Shown in pieces: positions 54,180-64,000 of a stretch of 64,000 nucleotides of DNA. The first letter of the stretch is position 1, and the number at the start of each line of letters is the position of its first letter. This DNA comes from Lytechinus pictus (lineage: Eukaryota). The stretch covers positions 25,854,001-25,918,000 of the forward strand of contig NC_087246.1 of NCBI RefSeq assembly GCF_037042905.1. The letters run 5' to 3'. The notes beneath the pieces are model-generated. The model worked only from the letters and a program-made list of their open reading frames with translations. It was not told the origin of the DNA and did no database searches. The position numbers were made by a program, and so were the translations under genes.

Positions 54180-54380
54180 GTGGTCTATCTGAGATGAACA
54201 CCGCCTCTATATCGAGACGCGGTATTCGACGTGCAGTACGTAAACACGGTAGGTTGATGTGAATGAGAGAATGGACCATGCCCACTGAAACTAGCCAATC
54301 AACGCAAGACATGAAGGTGACGTGAAATACTTCTCCACCAATCACATACGGCCCGTCCAAAGTTTCGGCAAACGTTACGT
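54180..54380 (-). promoter_or_regulatory. Candidate promoter upstream of aquaporin exon A
   Basis: CpG-enriched patch with two CCAAT boxes (about 54295 and 54338) flanking TGACGTG (about 54318). Confidence 0.4.
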
Positions 54381-57300
54381 CGAAAGATCACAATAGGTGA
54401 GGAGACCAAATTAAAGTTTGTATTTATTCATATTGTCAATACTAGGATTCTGTTCGGTTTGATATTTATATTTATAAAGTGACAACTTGTCAATCTGATC
54501 AATCCCGCTCAGGGAGCCAAAGTCCAACATGAAAACAATATTATGCACAATGCTTGCCCGTCCCAAAACTCCAGTGAAAAGAATTTGACGTTTTTCCATC
54601 TCTGTGTACACTGTAAAAACTGTGGTGTTAAAACTGACACCGGTGGGTGTTGATAGAGGACCACACCCTCTGGTGTTACAATTACACCCTAGAGATTGAA
54701 TATAACACCAAAGAGTGTACATGTAACAACCAAAGGTGTTGCAATTACACCTATAGGGGCTAAACTAACACTGTCAATTTAACACCGGTGTAAAATCACT
54801 GGTGTGGTCATCATGTACACCGGTTAACACCGCAGTTTTTGCTGTGTAGTAACACGGCGTTCGGTCCAGTTATGACATATAATATTCATGATATTAGGAG
54901 AACTACACCTGATCATGGCGTGATCATAACTATGAGTTAGTCAATTAATCTCGCTTGCCAATTCGATAGCTACCATCAACACTACAATACAACATTAATA
55001 TCATCTGAAGATAACCTCTACTTCTACGTACGAGAGAAGCGTATGGAGTCAATCAATCAATATGAATATTTTATCATTTACCAGTTCATTATTAGGACGG
55101 ATCCACGTATCTTCAGCCTTCTCAGTTGAAATACTATATATACAACACTGGAGAGAAGGAAATTATATTTCATACAGTTTAACCTTGGGTTAATGGTGTA
55201 CATCTATATAGTATGTGCATTCAGTTAATACTACACGTCGTCGCGACGAAAATTAAATCAATGTACTGATAGTAAAAAGATAAAAGATTTACAGATAATA
55301 ATAAAATATGTTAATGAGAAGGATAATGGTTTTCATGGTAATGATGATGATAAATGTTTTAATGATATAAAAAAGGAAAACAGATTATGATGCTTGATTA
55401 CCTCCTTCATTATGAGAGAGAGCAATTCAATTTTGATCATTTTATTTTGTCTCCTATTAATCCAAGCGCGAAATAAGATGTAAGCTTTGACTATACGACA
55501 TGAACACTTTATTGGAATAAAAAACAACAGAATACATGTACAATTCTTTATTAAACCAAGAAGATTCTATGACTGGAGTTCCAACAGGCAACAAATTTAT
55601 TCAAGCAGCTGTTCATTTCTAAAGAAGCACAAAAGAAAGAACGGCAATAAGGACCTTTTTGATGTCCGCCTTCGAAGCCGCCAGTTTCAACGAAGAAATC
55701 CGAGGGGTGAAATTTTACGAATATTCATTTGTATAAATTTTTCATGTTTCATATTAATAAACAAACTGAAATTTGAATGCATGACAAATCATCAATAACC
55801 AAGCACTATTACGACGAGATATTTGCCCATATTATATCAATTAACCTTTAATTAGTGTAAAAAAAAAAGGATTTGACCTTTACTGAAACCAGATTTTAAC
55901 ACTTTTCCGATCGTTTGCGGCGAATGAAAATTTCAAATGTGGTCGGTGGAATATTGTTATTCATTACTGTATATGCCAGATGAGTGCCCGCACATGCCCA
56001 GTCGAGCAAATTTGAGTCATATTTCAAAACATATTGCATAGTTTATTTTCGCATGCCTCCGAATTATGTATACTACACATAATTATAACCAGACCAAGAT
56101 GCGGCGAAAAAGTAAGTATCATCACAAAAGCATATTTCCCTTTATGTATGACCTATAGCTGCGGAGTCATGCGGGAATAGTTTTGTCTACACAATTGCAA
56201 GAGATGTTGAGCAAAGTGCATGCCTGACATACTTTCTGCTGGCGGTTTTTAACCTTGTTCAAAGAGATTTTATTTGCTGTTACTCCATCTCATTTGAAAC
56301 CTCCTTGATTAAACATGTTAAAGGAAGATGGCTAGAACTCATACAGCGAAAGAAAACGAAATATTTTTTTAAATATTTATAATGAATATAGATAATGGAC
56401 ATCACGGACTGATGCAATTAGCTTTTGAGGGGAAACTGTCACATCAGAGTTTTGGATTAGCGGGAAGATTATTCAAACTAAATGACAAAGATAGCTTGCT
56501 GTTAAGTTTTAAGAATAACAAGTTCTTATGATCAGAGTTGAAAGAAATATGTTATAGACTATGCGGGAGACTATGTTAGGTGAATATATTTAAACGCGAT
56601 GGGAAAAGGTCATCTGAAGCCTTTAAAGTCATATTATTATTATCATTAAAGATGAAAGCATCGTCTAGATGCTAGAGATTTTTCAACCCATATAAACGAC
56701 TAAAGTAATACCCTGATTGACATATGACTGTAGGGATTCATTTATTCCTCATGCTGAGTTGATGTACATGTACCATGTACAGACGGTTCCATAATCACCA
56801 TAGTAACAGATAGCAAAATATAAAAAAAAATTAATACTCGATCAGTTCATTAAAACGCAGTAAATCTGTCATTTTTTAAATATCGAAATGCAGGGGCCGC
56901 TGGGAAAACAGTTTATCATCATTATCATCATTGTTATGATACACTGAGACAAAATGTCTAGAGGTTTTCGAGTACACGCTCTCAATATGATAACAATAAT
57001 AATAATATTGCATTTATAGAGCATTTAATATTAAGATCTCTAAGCGCTTTACATTAATTAGAAGACTTATTGAATTACGATACATGCTCATGGTCAACAA
57101 TACGGAAATTAGGTAACTCGTAAGTAAAATTTAGAATGATGAAATATCTACGTTATAATGTTACTTCCATGATAATGTCATCGTCATTATCGAAACAATG
57201 GCGATCGGAATTTTCATGATCATCATAACCACGTAGTTTTCATGGTGTGTTATCATTCCCATTGCAACTTGAAATATACAAATTTAAATTAATTTGATTG

Positions 57301-57429
57301 TCATCATGTTTTCAGCAGGATGATTTCGGCAGCGCGCAGTTCGACTCCATCACAACCACCATCACCTCTAACATTGCAAAGTTCATTCAACATCACTCAT
57401 TTTCTTAGTATCATGTTTCTCTGTATATA

Positions 57430-58237
57430 CAGTTGAGGCCAAAAGTTTAAATATACCCATGGAATTCAGTGAAATTTGTCTATTTGCTAAACATCGTAAA
57501 ATTCACTATATCTTCAGAAATATAAAAACTACCATGACGATTGGTATCAAATGAAAGAGCGTATTAAGCTTTTTCACTTGATTGGGGTGCCGTTGGGATT
57601 TAAGTATATTTCAGGTGAAATTTTCTTTGAAGAAAAAAAAAGGAATATTCGTGCCAAATGTATTCTATTGTTTGTTATTATATTTTCAAAAATCGTTTCA
57701 AAGTTTCATAGAAATATATAAATGTCAAATATATGATTTATATTACATTTTCTATCATGATAGTCACCACTGAACAAAAAAGTGTAATCTGGTGGGTGTT
57801 TCATAAAGCTGTTCGTAAGATACGAATGACTTTACGCACGACTGGTGATCCTTTCTTGTGCTATGTGATATCCCTATGTAATTGAGTTATGACCTAAGAA
57901 CATGTTCCATTCGTGCGTAAAGTCGTTCGTAACTTTACGAACAGCTTTATGAAACACCCACCTGAAATGTTTGTGTTGAGAAGTAACTAGCATAAATATG
58001 AAATGTTTTTGTCCAGTTATTTTTATTTCTCTACAATATGAAGATTTTAGGGGGAAAATGACACATAAATATTTTCAGCACCTGATGACAAAGCAATGTG
58101 ATGAAGGGGCATGACATATTTTGTTTGATATCAAATAACACAAATATTTTATAAGATGCAGTAAATTTTGTGATGTTTGGCAAGTGTCAACTTTTCTTTT
58201 AATTTCCTGGGTGTATGTAAACTTCTGGCCTCAACTG
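57430..58237. mobile_element. Tc1-like non-autonomous element carrying Harbinger-like MITE insertions
   Basis: TA|CAGTTGAGGCCAAAAGTTTA / TAAACTTCTGGCCTCAACTG termini. One MITE lies inside (57792-57961) and another in the terminal CTG (58238-58408). Confidence 0.75.
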
Positions 58238-58670
58238 GGGGCCGTTTCATAAAGCTGTTCGTATTAAGTTAAGAGCGACTTTAAGAGCGACTGGTGATCC
58301 TTTCTTACGCGCTAAACCACAGCCAATGAATCTACCATTTACAAGAAAGGATCACCAGTCGTTCTTAAAGTCACTGTTAACTTACGAACAACTTTATGAA
58401 ACGACCCCCAGTATAATTGATGATCCGAATAGTAGTTTCGTCCCAGAGCTAACGAAAAATTGAAAATAATTACGAATCAAGGATTGTACTGCAATTTTGA
58501 TTATCAAATTTTCGATATAGACTTCTTTGCTTGTTTATTTGTTTTTGTCATGACGAACATGTGCCGACAATACATTCTGAAATCCTGGATCCACCCTAGC
58601 TCCTTTGAATGGCTATAACATATAAATAATTCCAATAAAAAGGATAGAACATCGTGAATAATATACTTAC

Positions 58671-59201
58671 AGCACACAAATGAGCAACCAGAACAGCGAT
58701 TCCGATGGCGAGTGGACCCGATCCTCCAGAACTTGGACGACGCTTATCGATGGTAGCAAAGATCACAAGGACCAACTGATAGGTGATGACGAGTTCCATG
58801 AGGAGTGCTTGCCATTCCGTGACATCAGTCCCGGGTGTAGTAGCTCCGAGGGCATTGTTGATATCGGCAGGTGTGATGGCCCTGACCATACCAGCAGCAG
58901 CGATTGCACCAATCATCTGAGCTAAGGAGTAGAAGAGGAACCTTAGTGGGGTGATCCGATGAAGCATCAAGAACGCCAAGGACACTGCAGGATTGAGGTG
59001 TCCACCGCTGATGTGGGCGGTGACGTGGATCGATGTAGCCAGTCCAAGACCAAAGGCAAGGGAGATCTGGACCATGCTAGGGATGTAAGGGGCGTTCCAG
59101 CCTGATATGGAGGCCAAGGAGATGAAGATGAAGAAGAACATACCAACGAACTCGGCGGCAACGGCCCGCCAGAAGTCGATGGACTTTACTTCGTTAGCCA
59201 T
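58671..59201 (-). CDS. Aquaporin large 5' coding exon B (TM1-TM5, first NPA), paralogue of exon A
   Basis: MANEVKSIDFWRAVAAE...HISGGHLNPAVS...IGIAVLVAHLCA, then a GTAAGT donor at 58670, phase 0. A strong acceptor (T-tract plus CAG) places the exon start at 59239. Confidence 0.92.
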
Positions 59202-61021
59202 CACGATAGTATGACGTGAAGGGGGCTTTCTTTGAAGATCTGGAAATGTAAAAAAAAAAAACACACACAAGATGATTCATAATTTATTAACCGATCACAT
59301 CCTTGGAAATTCCCTTCGAATGGTATATTTTAAAGAGATTTCGAAAAGTATTTCTCCCTTGGTATTTCATGAAAAAGGATTGAATATCCCCCAAAAAAAA
59401 AAAAATATATATATATATGTATTACCAATTGTATTCTATGATGTATCTACAATCAAATAAAATATGCAAGCGAAGCGAGCGGAGGAAATAATGTCAAACT
59501 ACACCTTATTTAAAGGACAATATCATTGCAGGGTTCAGTGAGAGAAATAGAATAGAATAGAATACAAAAAGAAAAATGCTAATGAGCCAATCGACGAATA
59601 AGCACGGTTGTCGTATCACGAACCAACATTGTCCAATTTTTCTGCGCAACCTGATTTTGACATTAACATTTCAAATAAAGAGATGATTTAATTGTAATGA
59701 AATATACTTATTTTGCCTTTGAAGAAAAAAGATGTGGGATTCCCAGTTTCCTTTTTTTCTGGGACGCACTGGATATGTTTCTACGTTTTTGCAGATTTGT
59801 TGAGCTGAATATGCTCATTCCATCTAAACCAAGTATTGTTCCATCATGCATAATGAACAAACAAATTATTAATTTCTGACTTGAAATTTCCAGCCATGTA
59901 CTTGTAGAGGAAATAGTGGTTAAATAGGCCAACAGTGATTGCAAAATGCATATCAAACTTACCAACTGTATGCTTCACACACTAACGCTTTACAAAGTTA
60001 ACAATAACTTGTCTGATGTCCAACTTATTTTTTTCCTGCCTCGGAACGTCTTTCCCTCACAACACCGCTGTAAGAACTGAACTCTTTTAGCACCTCCTTT
60101 CTAAATAATCCGCTTGACACAACACCGCTTACTCATTAGAACACCGTGGCTATTAAAGGTATTTGACACCATTCGTTGTTTTGATTGAATCAGGTAATTG
60201 TTTGATATTACTCTTCCGCGAAGTTCTCCTTTATTGATATATTTAGAATTTCTGGTAGTTGTGAGTCTTAACAAATTTTCAGACAATGAACGAGACAAAC
60301 TCAGTAAGCCATTTCTTCACCAATTTTGAAGACCTATATAGCCCCCAATCCTGGATTAATGAATCAGCACATAGAACTTGATGCCAACTTAACAAGTTGG
60401 TCGACAATGAACCTGATTAGCTCATTCATTTATTCGGATCGGTGCGGATCTTAACGAATTAATCCTCCGTAAACTTGATATGATCTTAACAAGTTGGCAG
60501 ACAATGGACATGACCAACTCATTCAGTGATAATAATAGAGGGTGTTCCTTTATACCGAGAATAAACTGATAAGTCATAAAAATGGGATTCTGTAGCCTAG
60601 AGATGTCTAACAACAAACAATTCTATTCCACAAGGATCGTCAAAACTAACAGAGGAGGGGTGGTACAATGTTTATATTTCAAAAATAAATATAATTTATT
60701 CCTTTTATAGAATCTATAGAGGCTATATTTCCTTGTACACAAATCTTTAAAATAAATAAAAATCTCGTCAAGATTTGATGAACTTTCCGATGTACATCCC
60801 GATCAATTTGGATCGTATTCAATTTGATTGGTCTGTTTTTGTTGTTGTTGCTGGGTTTTTTGGGGGGTGGGGGGTAAACGCTTGAAATCTTCAAAATTTT
60901 AAATGAATCCTTAGTTATCAATGCAAACGATTTAATTGATACATCAAACAGACCTCTGTGAGTATGCAAACAACGTTCTCAGAAATATTTAACCAACCTA
61001 CCGGGTTGGTTACATAAGCTT

Positions 61022-62198
61022 GTTACGATCGTCTGCGTTCGCTGAGCGGGGATGGAGCGGGTGTGGCCGCACCCTTTCGAGAAAACCGGGGGAGCTTTTC
61101 TCGAAAGGGTGGGTTGAGGGAGGGGAGTTGAGACAGCCGAGGAGCTTTTCACGAAAGGCTGTGCTGAGTAGACTCTTGTACCAGTAGGTATATTATTTTG
61201 TGTGTCTGTGTAAGTTTGTGTGAGGGTATGGAGGTATATAAGTGAGGTAAGGGATGGTGGGTGTGTGTGTGTGGGAGGGGGTGTGTGAGAAAGAAAAGAA
61301 GGGGAAACACGCACAATTTTTGTGCATTTTGATTTTAGGCTTATAAATTTTCAATAGTCTCGGCGGAGCATTAGCGGCGACCAGGTTGCCATGGTTGGTT
61401 GCCGAACATGCAACTATTATACTACTACTATCTGCTTGCCATGAAATGCCAGTTTTTAAGTAATTTGCTTCAGTGGCATACAGATGGAGGTGCTTTGGGA
61501 TGCTTGCCCCCTCAAAAAAAAGATATAAAGAGAAAAGAAAAGAGCGAAGGTTGAAATATGATATTATTTTCTGAATATTTTGTTATAATTGACTTTTTTG
61601 TAATCAAAATTCTAGCTCGCTCGCAACTTTTGATAAATTTTACCTGATACGCCATATCTTAAAATTTTTTGACTCACTTCACCACTGATTTGTTTCATCA
61701 TACTTATACAAATGCATATTTATTAATAATTTATCCTAATAATTAAATTGTTCTATATCATGGCTTTGTAGAATTGTTGGGAGAGATTCTAGAATTACTT
61801 CATTAATTGTGCAAATTTATTCAAAATCACGAAAAACTGCAAGCTCTCTTCTTTTTCTTCTTATAATTAGTGGCGTAATGAGCAAAAAATATTGAGGGGC
61901 CAGATATATGTCGCGTCGGGCAAAATCTAACAAAAGTTTGTTTTTTTTGGGGGGGGGGCAAGCGCCTCAAGCCCCCATCCACTGCCAATAATCTATTGAT
62001 ATTGTATTGTTGTTATCATTTGATGAATATTTTTCATAGAAACGATATAGAAACGACTGGTTCAAAAAACGACTCCCCTCCGCCAGGTCCCCTCCCTCAA
62101 CCCATCTTTTCGAGAAAAGCTACTCCGGTTTTCTCGAAAGGGTGCGTGCGGCCATCCCCGCTCATTTCCCGCTCCGCGAACGCAGACGATCGTATAAC
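61022..62198. mobile_element. Element with terminal inverted repeats of about 105 bp
   Basis: ACGATCGTCTGCGTTCGC...GAGGGAGGGGA (61022-61126) is mirrored at 62088-62198. Confidence 0.7.
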
Positions 62199-64000
62199 AC
62201 GCCGTTAACATGAACTGTTGGTAAAGAAAAATCCCCATTCGTTTTACTTGCAACTCTCTTTTGTAGGTTGCAAACCCAACCATTTTTTCTGAGAGTATAA
62301 TCTACACATTATTGGAGAGCTCCCGTTGATTTCAGTGGCTGATTTCCTAACAAGTTTAATAAAGTCTTATTCAAGATTAGGATACATTTATCCCGGACAT
62401 TATTTCATGGCCCTGGGAATGCGTGTTATATTCTCCATAGGCAGCACCCCAGGTATCCTGGTAGATGTGTATAAAAATCGAAAAATATAACCAAAATGAC
62501 CTTCAATTTGTAGTGAAAAAGTGAGGAAATTATTAATTAAAAAAAAGTTAGAGCTATATTCGTATATGTACATAGGCAGAAGTTAGCACGTTAGAATCTA
62601 CACGATCACAGCTTTTCTTCTTTTTTTGGCGCAAAATCAAAATAAACTGACAACAACTTACTGTCAAACTGCACACCGATGTTCCATGGCGGGAATCAAA
62701 AAATGCACGTTACACACATATCACAACTTGATTTCCTCATCATGTAAATGCCTATTTACCCCGGAAGCACCCCCACCTCATTCAAAGAACGATCATTTCC
62801 AAGTATTTTAACCCTTTCTTTAGAAAACAATGTCAATGAAATCGAATTCCCGTCTCCATTATCTGTGGCTATGTCTGACAAGCGTTCATGTTGTCAAAAA
62901 CACTTTTTTGTCTTTGCTCAAATAGGTATGCTTATATAAGTGATTCAAATTTATTTCGTTTCTTCCCAGTTTCCTGGTAACTTAAGTACAATGTATTCCT
63001 TTCACCTGTTAGTGGTATAAATAGACTACAATACTTTGAATCAAGTTTGAATACATATACATTAATTGCTGATACATGTATGTGTAAAAAGCCTCTGGCA
63101 AGCTTTAAGGGTTTAAAAAAACAACAGTTATGTTTAAATAAAAAGTATTTACAATAGTTGTACTTGACAACAATATATTCTCTAGAAAGCTTTCGGATTA
63201 CAACCGTTGCTTTAAAAAAATAATGCATAAAATCTTAATGCATAAAATCTGCAATAAACACGAAAGCGTTTTATCTTGGACCCGTTATGGACATTTTTCG
63301 TCGCGATTTTAGCTTTAAAGTCCACTCCAACAAAAAAATTTGATGAAAAGAGAAAAATCAAACAAACATAACGCTGGATAATTCTTCAAAATCGAATGTG
63401 AAATAGTTGTGACATTAATTAAAGTCTCCCCCAATTTCACAAACCAGTCAAACTGCAAAATTAGGGGACTGATGACTTCATCCACTCACTATTTCTTTTG
63501 TATTATATCACGTGACAGATGAAATATCTTATTTATACTAATTATAATGGTAAACAAGTTTTGATTCCTCATTGAATGTATGGAATTGCCATTATTACAA
63601 CCTACTTTGATTCAATGAATATGCTTTGTTATTGTTAAATATGCCAATAATTCTAGTAATAAAACACGACAAAATAATAATGTGTTACACCATCGACTCT
63701 CTCATTTGCATAGCATCCTTGTTGCGTATTTTAATTGTTCTGTGAAAACAAGCAAAACTTCCTTACTTCACATCCGATCTTGAATTTTCAGCAATTTTCT
63801 TGTTTGATTTTCTTTATCTATTTTATTATTGTTGGGTGAAACTTGTTGTTTTATTCAATTAGATACACCACACCATCTATTATCTTCACCTGTCAACAAT
63901 GGTGACTAAACGTATACGACGGGATAGAAGGTGTGTTTTGTGAGGCAATTTCGGACATAAAACTGTTATGCAATTGGGGACTGTCAAAATTAACAGCTGG

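Noticed and set aside
56720-56750. Possible second-NPA exon for aquaporin exon B (minus-strand ATGAATCCC)
   Set aside because: Reads *MNPYSH with an in-frame stop immediately upstream; no NPAR or GAS context and no splice sites.

Overview
AT-rich, repeat-rich, intron-containing animal DNA. The repeat style suggests an invertebrate deuterostome such as a sea urchin, but that is inference only. There is one assembly gap (N, 51110-51372). Three protein-coding loci could be reconstructed by hand. (1) The first two coding exons of an alpha-arrestin/ARRDC gene (- strand, ATG at 7471), which continues off the left edge. (2) A complete 13-exon METTL3 (m6A writer catalytic subunit; + strand, 7800-23924, about 480 aa), head-to-head with the ARRDC gene across 328 bp. 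(3) An AQP4/AQP1-like water-channel locus (- strand) in which two paralogous large exons (53377-53922 and 58671-59201; each TM1-TM5 plus the first NPA) lie in tandem, but only one set of 3' exons (33119-33199 with the second NPA; 31535-31726) is visible. This suggests a variable-exon/constant-exon aquaporin gene and is the most interesting candidate system here. Also unusual: the METTL3 exon pair leading into the catalytic DPPW motif is bracketed by tandem arrays of its own splice sites (8 extra acceptors upstream of exon 9, 9 extra donors downstream of exon 10); the copies traced lead to premature stops. The remainder is a dense, often nested set of non-autonomous DNA transposons, SINEs, a decayed LINE and microsatellites.
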